NCBI GenBank assembly: GCA_902806365.1
Contig: CADCWJ010000488.1
Location: 1 to 31,723, forward strand
Direction: 5' to 3'
Source: an uncultured Thermomicrobiales bacterium
GTDB lineage: Bacteria; Chloroflexota; Chloroflexia; Thermomicrobiales; UBA6265
DNA length: 31,723 nt
How positions within the stretch are numbered: position 1 is the first letter of the stretch; every line of letters begins with the position of its first letter. The notes below the pieces were generated by a model. It was given only the letters and a program-made list of their open reading frames with translations, did not search any database and had not been told where the DNA came from. A program made the translations under genes and the position numbers. This document shows, piece by piece, positions 1-8,906 of this stretch.

Positions 1-272
1 ACCACCAGGCACGTGCCGACACGCCCGGTAACCCGGGCGTAGCCGTCCGCCATGTAGGCCGCGGTCTGCTCGTGGCGCACATGGAGCACGCGCAGGCGCC
101 CGAGGCGCTGAGCGTCGTAGAGGGCATCGAACGCGCCGTCGAGCTGCACGCCGGGCAGGGCGAAGACGGTGTCGATCCCATTGGCGAGCAACGACGCAAC
201 GAGCGCCTGGCCACCGGTCATTGTCTGGGCTGGAGCGACGTTGGGCGACGTGCGTTCCCGGATATCAACCAC
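1..272 (-). CDS. TPP-dependent enzyme (acetolactate synthase-like), 5' part only; runs off the left edge
   Basis: Not in the ORF track. Manual translation gives MTGGQALVASLLANGIDTVFALPGVQLDGAFDALY...VRHEQTAAYMADGYARVTGRVG, the N-terminal TPP-binding domain with the RHEQ catalytic Glu. GTG at 272 has GGAG 8 nt upstream; the in-frame ATG at 221 is an alternative start. Confidence 0.88.
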   Translation of the reverse strand, partial: MVDIRERTSPNVAPAQTMTGGQALVASLLANGIDTVFALPGVQLDGAFDALYDAQRLGRLRVLHVRHEQTAAYMADGYARVTGRVGTCLV

Positions 273-365
273 CGTATCGACTCCATTCGAAACAAGGAAA
301 ACAGGTCATGCCGTCCGCGCGGTAGTGAAGGCACGGTGGCGATGTCGCGCCCCGTGTCCTGATGT

Positions 366-1709
366 TCAGGCTACCCAATACCATTGCGCGAACTGCATCG
401 TCAGGATCACGAGCAGGAACGAGGAGCCAACCGCCAGCGGCACCGCGAGCTTCCTGCCCCGGAGGAGGATCGCGATCATCACGAACAGCGGGAACAGCGG
501 CAGCACGAAACGCGGCATGCTCATCAGGGGATTGACCGAGCTCGGCGTCAGGAGGGGCACGATGAGGGGTGGGACGATGAACGCGGTGTAGTAGAGGGGA
601 AGCTTTTTGAGCCCGACCAGGACGAGAGCGAAGGCAACGACGGTGACCAGGAACTCCAGGATGTGGCTTTCCCCGACTCGATACCGGAAATCGCTCGATG
701 TGATAAAGCGCCAGTTGAGATTGGACAGCAGCTCGCCTGGCCAGCCCCAGTCGATCGGTTTGATGTAGCTGTCCCGGACACCGCCGAACTGGCGGACTTC
801 TTCCCGGCAACCCCGGATCGTGCAGTCGATCGTGCGCCAGGGCGTCGCCGAGAACCGGTTCCACTGCCATTGCTCCTCCGCGAAGGCGAAGAAACTGCGC
901 CCGTTTGCGCGGAGGAACCATCCGAAGATGATCGGCCCAAGTACCGGCAGCGCTGCTGGCACGACGTGGGGAAACCAGCGTCGTGGCGACATTCCGTACT
1001 GCTGGATGAAGAGAACGCCGAACGGCGCCAGCAGCATGAACCCCGATGACCGGGTCAGCGCGGCAAACAACCCAAGGATTCCCGCGACGAGCCACTCGCC
1101 GCGCCGGGCGCCGAGCAGCGCCGCCGAGGCAAGGAGCAGAAAGAGCGATTCGGTGTACACAGCGGTGAAGAAGAACGCCGTCGGGAACAGGGCCAGAACC
1201 CAAAGCGTGCGGCGGGCGATCTCCGCGTTGAAATCCATGCCGATCAGGCGATAGAGGACGATCAGCGCGCCGAGAAAGGCGACATTCGAGATCAGGTAGC
1301 CGACCGTCTCCGGCGCCAGACCGGTGATCCCGGCGCCGAACTCCATCAGCCACGGATAAAGCGGCCAGAACGCCGCCTTGGCCGCTCCACCTTCGGCATA
1401 GCCTTCGACGGCGACCAGCCGGTACCAGGTGCCGTCCCAATGGCGGAACGGCTCCGCGATCCAGCCCGCAATACCTCCCAGCGGTTCCAGAATGCCACCG
1501 TAGGCGCCTGATTTCGGACCAAAGCCTTGGGTGGACCGGAAGTTCCCGAACTGGTAGGCGAGCGTCGCCGGAATTTGCGTGAGGAGCAGGTGGATGGCCC
1601 AGACCGCGAGCGGAAACGCCAGCGACTCGGCGACGGACCCCGCCGCACTGCGACCCCTGGCTCGCGCTCGTCGCTGCACGTTGTCGATTCGGGCGGTATC
1701 GCTGCTCAC
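366..1709 (-). CDS. Polytopic GT-C glycosyltransferase, PIG-V/mannosyltransferase-like
   Basis: Motifs HWDGTWY..VAVEGY, AAFWPLYP, YTESLFL, RSSG and SMPRFVLPLFP, with many hydrophobic segments. Start placed at GTG 1709 (AAGAGAG upstream); the ORF-track extension to 1874 looks non-coding. Confidence 0.8.
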   Translation of the reverse strand: MSSDTARIDNVQRRARARGRSAAGSVAESLAFPLAVWAIHLLLTQIPATLAYQFGNFRSTQGFGPKSGAYGGILEPLGGIAGWIAEPFRHWDGTWYRLVAVEGYAEGGAAKAAFWPLYPWLMEFGAGITGLAPETVGYLISNVAFLGALIVLYRLIGMDFNAEIARRTLWVLALFPTAFFFTAVYTESLFLLLASAALLGARRGEWLVAGILGLFAALTRSSGFMLLAPFGVLFIQQYGMSPRRWFPHVVPAALPVLGPIIFGWFLRANGRSFFAFAEEQWQWNRFSATPWRTIDCTIRGCREEVRQFGGVRDSYIKPIDWGWPGELLSNLNWRFITSSDFRYRVGESHILEFLVTVVAFALVLVGLKKLPLYYTAFIVPPLIVPLLTPSSVNPLMSMPRFVLPLFPLFVMIAILLRGRKLAVPLAVGSSFLLVILTMQFAQWYWVA

Positions 1710-1887
1710 ACGCGCTCTCTTGATTGGCCGGCGGACTGTGGGAAGATGATCCTCGTCACCACGCTGCCCGGATCGCTTCGCCCAAAGGATAGGCGTCGAC
1801 GACCCGGTTTCGCCAGCGGTTCTCCGCAATGGAGACGACTGGCAGGGACGGGACCAGACCACGCAAGAGCGCATGGGAGAGAGTCAA

Positions 1888-2682
1888 ATGGACCTGGGAC
1901 TCGCTGGCAAGATCGCGATTGTCGCGGCATCGAGCAAGGGGTTGGGCAGGGCGACGGCGCTCGTGCTGGCGCGTGAGGGGGCGCTGGTCACAGTCAACGG
2001 ACGCGACAAGGAGCGGCTGGCGGAGACGGCGCAGACGATCCGCGACGAGACCGGTGGGGATGTGATCGAAGTCGTTGGCGATTTGTCGGACGCGGCCGCC
2101 GCGGCGGACCTCGTCGGTCGGACGGTGGACCAGCGGGGAGGCCTCGATATCCTCGTCTGCAACGCCGGTGGGCCGCCGCCAGGTACCTTCGCGACGTTCC
2201 CCGACGATCAACCCTGGCTCGACGCCATCAACCTCAACCTGATGAGCACGCTGCGACTGTCCCGCGCGGCCCTTCCTCATCTCGAAGCGCGGGGAGCGGG
2301 GAGTATCACCAACATCGTCTCGATCTCGGTCAAGCAGCCGATCCCGAATCTCGTGCTCTCGAACACCGCGCGGACGGCGGTGATCGGGATGGCAAAGTCG
2401 CTGGCGACCGAGGTGGCGGATAAAAACATCCGGGTCAACAGCATCTGCCCGGGGTCGATCCTCACCGACCGGATCCGCTCGATCTCGGAGATGCGGTCCC
2501 GCGAGACTGGCGAGGATGTCAATTCCATTCTGAAGGCGGAGGGCGACGCGATCCCGATGGGCCGTCACGGCACTGCCGAGGAGTTCGCCAACGTGGTCGC
2601 CTTCTTCGCCTCGCCAGCCGCATCCTATGTCACCGGCGTGACCGTCCAGGTCGATGGCGGTTCCTACAAGGGCCTGCTGTAG
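1888..2682 (+). CDS. Short-chain dehydrogenase/reductase (3-oxoacyl-ACP reductase-like subgroup)
   Basis: ASSKGLG Rossmann motif, NAGGPP, RVNSICPG and VDGG. The active-site helix reads SNTAR instead of YxxxK. ATG at 1888 follows GGAGAGAG. Confidence 0.9.
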   Translation: MDLGLAGKIAIVAASSKGLGRATALVLAREGALVTVNGRDKERLAETAQTIRDETGGDVIEVVGDLSDAAAAADLVGRTVDQRGGLDILVCNAGGPPPGTFATFPDDQPWLDAINLNLMSTLRLSRAALPHLEARGAGSITNIVSISVKQPIPNLVLSNTARTAVIGMAKSLATEVADKNIRVNSICPGSILTDRIRSISEMRSRETGEDVNSILKAEGDAIPMGRHGTAEEFANVVAFFASPAASYVTGVTVQVDGGSYKGLL

Positions 2683-2683
2683 G

Positions 2684-5518
2684 TCAGAGCTCGCCAATGT
2701 CCTCGCCGGCGGAAAGGACTCGCAACTGGCTGGAACCGTCCGTGGTCTCCTCGATCCGCCAGACCTCGTCGAACACCGCCGACGTGCGCACATCATCGAC
2801 ATGGCTGATGATGAAGAGTTGGCGGAAGTCATCGAACGAGCCGGAGAGCGTGCCGAGCAGATCGAGCAAACGGGTGCGGCGGTCGCGATCGAGCGATCCG
2901 AACACCTCGTCGAGGACGAGAAACCCCGGCGGGTTGGCTGCCTGACCGGCGATCATGCGCGACAACGCCAGCCGAGCCGCGAGCGAGATCGCATCCTGCT
3001 CGCCGCCGGAGAATCCTTCCAGGGGAAAGCGCTCCTCTTCGCCGTCGTAGACCTGGACTCCAAAGTTGTTGTCGAACTCGACGCGGTCGTACTTGCCATC
3101 GGTGACCTCGCGAACGAGCTCGCTTGTCAGATCGCCGAGAACAGGTGTGAGCCGTCCGGCGGCGTAACGCTCGAACTCGGAGAACTCACGGTACATCCGG
3201 TCGAGGAGGTCGGCATCGCGGCGGCGGCTATCCGCCCGCTCGGCAAGTTGCGTGACACGCGCCTGCTCGGCCTCGAGTGTCATCTGATGCTGTTCCGCAT
3301 CCCTCAAGGCGGTCTGGGCCGCATGATATGCCTGCTGGGAGACGCGTTCGTCCCGGCGGGTCGTCTCGACGGTCTGGATCGCCTCAGCCAGCGCGGCGGG
3401 ATCGAACCCCAGGGCGACGCGCCGCTCCCGCAGTGACTCAACGCCGGCCGTCAGCTCGACGACGCTCGCCGCCACCCGATCCCACTCCTGCAGCAACATG
3501 GGCCGGCGGGCAAGATCGTGATCTATCTGTTCCATCGTGATCTGGGCGCGGCTGGCTTCCCGGTGTCGTGCGACCGCCTCGCGGTGGATGTCTTCGTCGA
3601 ATACGGCCTCGCCGACTTCGCGCAGCTCGGCCTCGGCCTGCGATCGCACCGAGTCGATTTCGAGCAGCCGGGCCCTTGCGGCCGTCAAGGACGGCCGGGT
3701 GGAGATCATCGAGCGATACTGGACCACCATCAGGTTGGCGTCGCGGAGCGTTTGCCGGGTCGGCGGGGTTGTCGCGCCCACCGCGCCAAGCGCATGCTCG
3801 AGCGCGGCCCGCTGGCGGGCAACGATCTCCTCCTGCTCGCGGAGGTGGGTGACGCTGCCCTGGATCGAGCTTTGCACCTTCACCAACGCGGTGACTCGTG
3901 CCCCGAGTTCCGCGCGTCGGGCGGTGAGAAACTGGCTTCGCTGGATTAACTGTTCCCGCTCCCTCTCGGCGCACGTGAGCTCGGCGGTGATCGTCGCGAC
4001 CTGGGCGCGGAGCGAATCAGCGACCAGGGCGGCGTCATTTTCCGTGAACGGCCGGGCGCAGGTGGGGCAGCGATCGTCGAACTCAGCGCGTTCGAGGTTG
4101 GCGATCAGCTGCCGGGCTTGATCGCGCTGCCCTTCGAGCGTGGTCCGCCGGGCATCGAGCCCGGCGATGAGTTGCTGATCGCGCTCGCGCTCCCCTTCCA
4201 GCGTCGAAATCTCCGCGGAGGGATCACCTCCCTCGAGCAGTGCTCGCTCTTCCTCATCGAGCGCTGTGCGGCGGGTCATCCAGAGCTCGAGCTGCTCCGA
4301 CACGCGCTCCAGTTCCCGGGCAAGTTCTTGGCATTGGACGAGCGCGGATTCCCTCGCTTCGACATTGGGCAGATCCAGCACCTCGATCGCGGCGGCCAGC
4401 CGGGCGAGGGCGCTGACGGGTTGCTCGTCATCGTCCGGTTCCCAGACCCATCCGTCGACCTGGTGGACGATGTTGATGTTGAGCACCGTCGAACGCGTCG
4501 CGTCGATCGCGTCACGGCGACGCTTGTGCAATTGCCGCAGCCCGGCCGATATTTCCTGTCTCCGGTTGAACGCGGCCCGCCGCTGTTCAAGTTCGGCGAT
4601 CTCCCCGGAGAGCGCGGCAAGTGTCGCGGCGACCGGCATGAGCGCCGCCCGCTCCATTTCCCGTGCGTCAAGCCGGGTCAGCTCGGACGAGATCGCCTCG
4701 TGCCGCTGGACCGCTGCCTGGTGCGCACCGCTCCCTTCAGCGATCGCCTGCCCCAGCGCGGCATCCTGGTCCTTGGTCGCCAGAAGCGCCTCCCGTGACG
4801 CTTCCGCCGCCGCCAACCTTTCCGCAAGTTGCGCTATCGCGGAGGCCGCCGCCGCGGTTTCGGCTTCCCGTTCCCGGATGTGCGCCGTCGCCGCCGCTCG
4901 ATCGGCCGCAAAGTCCCTGCCCGATGCCTGCTCATCGTATTGCCGTGCGAGGACCTCGGCCTCATTCTGGGCACGCTTGCGATCCACCGCGATCAGCTCC
5001 TGGGCACCCCGGATCGTTTCCAGCCCGAGCAGCTTGCCAACCTCGCGCCGCCGGTCCGTGGCTCCCAGGTCGCCGAAGAAGTGCAACTCCTTCTGCCGGG
5101 TGAAGAAGGTGGCGGCGAACGCGACGTGCGACAGGCCGATCAGCTTCGTGGCAACGTGGGCGCTCACCTGCCGTGGTCCCTGGATGATGACCTGTTCGTC
5201 GCCGCACTCGTCAATCTCGTAGATGACCGCCGCCGCCGAGGCGCGTTTCAGTTCGCGCTCGACAATGAACTGGCCCTTGCCGTCCACACGCTGGAGGAGG
5301 ACCGCCACCTTCGTCAGCCCACCATGCCCTCTTGGTCGGATATCCCTGGCACTGATCGACGGAGGGCTGTAGAGACACCATTCGATCGCCTCGAACAGGG
5401 TGGTCTTGCCGACTCCGTTGGCGCCGATCACGCCGATCGTCGCACCGCCCGGTATCTCGAACTCATGATGCCCCCGGTACTGCTTGTAGTTGTCGATGGT
5501 GACCTTGGCGAGGATCAT
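2684..5518 (-). CDS. sbcC: Rad50/SbcC SMC-like ATPase, 944 aa
   Basis: Walker A GANGVGKT, long coiled coils, central zinc hook CPTC (4058-4069, residue 484), signature FSGGEQ, Walker B/D-loop FLVLDEVFGSLD and H-loop ISH. The ATG overlaps the upstream stop (ATGA). Confidence 0.95.
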   Translation of the reverse strand: MILAKVTIDNYKQYRGHHEFEIPGGATIGVIGANGVGKTTLFEAIEWCLYSPPSISARDIRPRGHGGLTKVAVLLQRVDGKGQFIVERELKRASAAAVIYEIDECGDEQVIIQGPRQVSAHVATKLIGLSHVAFAATFFTRQKELHFFGDLGATDRRREVGKLLGLETIRGAQELIAVDRKRAQNEAEVLARQYDEQASGRDFAADRAAATAHIREREAETAAAASAIAQLAERLAAAEASREALLATKDQDAALGQAIAEGSGAHQAAVQRHEAISSELTRLDAREMERAALMPVAATLAALSGEIAELEQRRAAFNRRQEISAGLRQLHKRRRDAIDATRSTVLNINIVHQVDGWVWEPDDDEQPVSALARLAAAIEVLDLPNVEARESALVQCQELARELERVSEQLELWMTRRTALDEEERALLEGGDPSAEISTLEGERERDQQLIAGLDARRTTLEGQRDQARQLIANLERAEFDDRCPTCARPFTENDAALVADSLRAQVATITAELTCAEREREQLIQRSQFLTARRAELGARVTALVKVQSSIQGSVTHLREQEEIVARQRAALEHALGAVGATTPPTRQTLRDANLMVVQYRSMISTRPSLTAARARLLEIDSVRSQAEAELREVGEAVFDEDIHREAVARHREASRAQITMEQIDHDLARRPMLLQEWDRVAASVVELTAGVESLRERRVALGFDPAALAEAIQTVETTRRDERVSQQAYHAAQTALRDAEQHQMTLEAEQARVTQLAERADSRRRDADLLDRMYREFSEFERYAAGRLTPVLGDLTSELVREVTDGKYDRVEFDNNFGVQVYDGEEERFPLEGFSGGEQDAISLAARLALSRMIAGQAANPPGFLVLDEVFGSLDRDRRTRLLDLLGTLSGSFDDFRQLFIISHVDDVRTSAVFDEVWRIEETTDGSSQLRVLSAGEDIGEL

Positions 5519-6714
5519 CCGACGTTGTCCTCTTCCGGAGTTGGAGCTTCTTGCGCCAGGGCGGCATCGACCAGCGCCCGGCCTCCCCGTTCGAGGAACA
5601 GCTGGGCGAACTCTTCGTTGAAGTGCTCGCCGGTGCGAAGCGCCACGAACTCGGTGAAGAGCGTGTGCAGATCGGCGACGCCTTCTCGCCCGAGATGCTG
5701 TTCGACCCCAGGCATAAACGCCGTTCGCTCGGCCGCCAGCGTGAATGAGAACGCGAGCGGTCCCGTCTCCCGGCCCAGAAGGCTCTCCGCTTCGCGCCGG
5801 GTCGCTCTGTCCACATCGCGCAGCTCGACGCGCGTCATGGCATGCGGTGACCCAAGCGTCGTCAATTGAGCGATCACGGCATCCGCAATATCCCGCGCGC
5901 GGAGGTTTCGGCCGTTGACGGGTTGCAGATTGATCATCGGGCGGGCGGGGATCTCGATGTGCTCGACCGCGACAGGCTCACCCGGAGCCCCCATCGTCAC
6001 GATCGCATACCCCGGATTCGCATCGTGATCGCCCCAGCCGAAACGCTCGGTCGAACCGCTGTACCAGGCCTTGCCGGCCGCCTGGGTAAAAACGTGATAA
6101 TGCCCGAGCGCGATGTAATCGAACGCCGGGTCGAGCAGCGCCCCGGTCAATTGCTGCTCACCGGGCTCGCTGTGGATACCGGGTGCCAGGATCCCTGGCA
6201 CCATTCCGTGGCAGACGAGGATGTTCCGACGGTCCGGCGCGACCTGCGAAAGCACTGGATCGGGATTCGTCAGGGCGCCATGCGGAATAGCGTGGACGTG
6301 AAGGTCGAGATGCCTGAACAAGTCCGTTTCGTGCGTGTCGGTGTACTCGGCGACGAATCGGACGTCGGACAGGGCGAGTTCGATCACGCTGTACGCCGAC
6401 CCTCCGGTCCGGATACGGGGAGTGTCGTGGTTCCCGGCGATTACCAGCGTGGGGATCCCGGCCCGCTCGACACGACGCATCTGGCGGATGAAGTGTCGCA
6501 TCGATTGCCAGGTCGGGCGGGCATGGTGGAAGACGTCGCCACCGTGGATCACGGCGTCCACCCGGCGGGTCAGGATGTCATCGATCGTTCGCTCGAAGGC
6601 GCGGTCGACATCGACCGAGCGCTGGTTGCGGCCGGTGTCCGGATCGGCCTTGTTCAGGGCCCGGTAGCCAAGATGGGTGTCGGAGAGATGGGCGATCCGG
6701 ATCCGTTCGCTCAC
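5515..6714 (-). CDS. sbcD: Mre11/SbcD metallophosphoesterase nuclease, 399 aa
   Basis: All five phosphoesterase motifs are present: DTHLG, GGDVFH, GNHD, CHG, GHYH. GTG at 6714 overlaps the herA stop (GTGA) and has GGAG upstream. Confidence 0.93.
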   Translation of the reverse strand: MSERIRIAHLSDTHLGYRALNKADPDTGRNQRSVDVDRAFERTIDDILTRRVDAVIHGGDVFHHARPTWQSMRHFIRQMRRVERAGIPTLVIAGNHDTPRIRTGGSAYSVIELALSDVRFVAEYTDTHETDLFRHLDLHVHAIPHGALTNPDPVLSQVAPDRRNILVCHGMVPGILAPGIHSEPGEQQLTGALLDPAFDYIALGHYHVFTQAAGKAWYSGSTERFGWGDHDANPGYAIVTMGAPGEPVAVEHIEIPARPMINLQPVNGRNLRARDIADAVIAQLTTLGSPHAMTRVELRDVDRATRREAESLLGRETGPLAFSFTLAAERTAFMPGVEQHLGREGVADLHTLFTEFVALRTGEHFNEEFAQLFLERGGRALVDAALAQEAPTPEEDNVG

Positions 6715-8906
6715 GTCCGGCTCCACAAGTCGCGTGCCGAGTTGAGCATCTTCTGGGTGTTGCGCCATGGGTCGCCATGACCGTTGGACGACGTACCGTA
6801 GATGCTTTCGATCTTGCGGCGCGTGTCATCGACGGCTTCGGGCTCGATCCCGTCGGCGAGGTTGCGAACATCCGCCAGGGCGGGAGCGCGATCGCCCATC
6901 AGCTTCTTAAGCGTGCGGTGAAGGGCATCCGCCGGGTCGCGCCGGGCGGCTTCGGACCCGAAAATACGCTGCCCGTAGACGCCGGGCAAGGTAGGCGGAT
7001 GCGGGAATGTCCCGAATAGTGGTGCCCGGAAGTGAGCGTGCCGCACCAGTAATCGACCCTTGGGCAGGCCCAGCAACTCCTGCTTTGCGGTCTCCGAGAT
7101 CGAGCGGTAGGCGGCGTTGATGATCTCCTCGTCGCCGACCCGTCCGTAGAACGATGTGCCGCAGTTGCCCAGGATCTCGCCATCCACCTTGGAGCGGAAT
7201 TGCTGGGCCCCGAGCAGTACCACATTGAGGTGACGCCCGCGGGCGGCGATATCCACCAGCGTGTCGCGGAGCCCTCCGTCGCCACCGGATGGTGCGTACT
7301 TGTTAAGCTCGTCGACGAACACGATCAGCTTGTCGACGCCCATCTCGCTGCGCTCGGCGAGCCGCCAGATTGTGTTGATCGTGGAGGTTACGATCAACTC
7401 CTGGGCGGTGGTGTTGCAATTCGAGATATCCACGACGCGAAGCTCGTGATTCGCGAAAGGGTGATCGACTCTCGGCTCGCTGCCAAAGTCGACCCCGCCC
7501 TCCGCCAGCAATCCACCCAGCTTGTCCTTGAGCCCCTTGAAGCGGTTCTGCGCCTTGCGGATCGTCGCCTTGTGGTGGCCATGCCAGTTGTCGGCCCGTT
7601 CATCGTTGGCGAAATGGGCGTTGATCTCGGCGAACTTTTCATTGAGAGCGGCCAGCGAGTCGATCTTCATCTCCCGCAGCTCGTAGATGAAGCCCCACAT
7701 CTTGTCGTCGAGATCGCTGAAATCGAAGACTTTGTGCGGAAAGGTGAGCGCGGTCTTGAGGGACCACAGGATTGGAAAGACGCGGTCCGTCTCTCCCGGC
7801 GCCTGCCGCGCCGTATTGAGCGCCTTGTGATCGCTAAACCCGTCGAGCCGGGCCGAGCCATTGATCGGCTGGGGGTCCATCCCCGGTCGGAAGGGCGCGA
7901 ACACCCGTGTTCCGTCGAACGGCTCGGGGCGCACCCCGAGCGACTCGTACGCCTTCAGGTCATCCGGTCCCAGGCCCTTCCAGTCGGCGGCCCGGTACGC
8001 GCTTTCGTGAACCGGGTCGGGCTGCGCTGGCTTGTCGAGCCAGAGCAGGTCCGGCCCCTTGACGTTGAACATGATCGCGGCAACCGATTTCTGCTCCCGC
8101 TCCATCGTCTGGAAGACCGAGCCGATCAGGAAGAGGGCGTGGCTCGTTTTCGTCGCCAGTCCCGATTGACCGGTCCAATTGGCGTGCCCCGCCTCCGGGC
8201 CGAGCAAATAGTCCTCATCGAGAAACAGCGGGGTCCGCTGGAACCGGGGACGCCCCGCATCATCGAGGAGAATCTCGCCGTCGTCGTCGCGCTCGTAGTT
8301 GCCGTTGGTGTGCATCAGCGCCGGAATCCCGGCCCCGGTGAAGTTGTGCGTGCCCAGCGCGAAGCGAATCGCGGTCTCGTTCGCGAAAAAGACCGGGCCG
8401 TTGACGGCCGGTCGGTGCGACTGCACGTCGTCGCGCAGGTGCCGCGTGGCGAGCACCTTGACGGTGAAGACCAGAATCTCTGGCCGCACGGTCGGGGCGC
8501 TCTGCGAAAGCGCGTGCTCCATGTGGCGATCGAAATAGTCGTCCAGGAATGACCGCAGATCGGAATAACGGCGTGGCTCGTCGACCACGCCGATTACCGC
8601 CGCCTGCTCCGAGAAGGCGACCACGATGTGTCCCACGTCGAGTGTTTGGGCGTCATCGCCCGCCCAGAAGAAGAACTCGTGCGAACCGGCGGGCTCCCGT
8701 TCGCTGCTCACGACACGGCCGATCACCCCCGTGTCGCGGTCGATCAGGTTCTGGAACGCTTCGTGATCCCAGGCCAGCGATGCCCGCTCCCCGGTATCGA
8801 CCGTGTCCTGCACCGGATCGAGGGGCACCTGTCCCGTCTCCATCGGCACGTGTTCTCGTTCAAGGCGGGCGAAGCCCGGTAGGGAAATGGATTCCCGCGT
8901 GGTCAT
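6711..8906 (-). CDS. herA: HerA (FtsK/HerA family) DNA translocase, 731 aa
   Basis: N-terminal HAS-barrel-like segment, variant Walker A GQSGLATKT, Walker B IVFVDELNKYAP and RGRHLNVVLLGAQQ. ATG at 8906 overlaps the nurA stop (ATGA). Confidence 0.9.
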   Translation of the reverse strand: MTTRESISLPGFARLEREHVPMETGQVPLDPVQDTVDTGERASLAWDHEAFQNLIDRDTGVIGRVVSSEREPAGSHEFFFWAGDDAQTLDVGHIVVAFSEQAAVIGVVDEPRRYSDLRSFLDDYFDRHMEHALSQSAPTVRPEILVFTVKVLATRHLRDDVQSHRPAVNGPVFFANETAIRFALGTHNFTGAGIPALMHTNGNYERDDDGEILLDDAGRPRFQRTPLFLDEDYLLGPEAGHANWTGQSGLATKTSHALFLIGSVFQTMEREQKSVAAIMFNVKGPDLLWLDKPAQPDPVHESAYRAADWKGLGPDDLKAYESLGVRPEPFDGTRVFAPFRPGMDPQPINGSARLDGFSDHKALNTARQAPGETDRVFPILWSLKTALTFPHKVFDFSDLDDKMWGFIYELREMKIDSLAALNEKFAEINAHFANDERADNWHGHHKATIRKAQNRFKGLKDKLGGLLAEGGVDFGSEPRVDHPFANHELRVVDISNCNTTAQELIVTSTINTIWRLAERSEMGVDKLIVFVDELNKYAPSGGDGGLRDTLVDIAARGRHLNVVLLGAQQFRSKVDGEILGNCGTSFYGRVGDEEIINAAYRSISETAKQELLGLPKGRLLVRHAHFRAPLFGTFPHPPTLPGVYGQRIFGSEAARRDPADALHRTLKKLMGDRAPALADVRNLADGIEPEAVDDTRRKIESIYGTSSNGHGDPWRNTQKMLNSARDLWSRT

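Noticed and set aside
2350-2373. SDR lacking the YxxxK catalytic motif (SNTAR)
   Set aside because: This is a known feature of a widespread 3-oxoacyl-ACP-reductase-like SDR subgroup, so it is not evidence of novelty or pseudogenisation.
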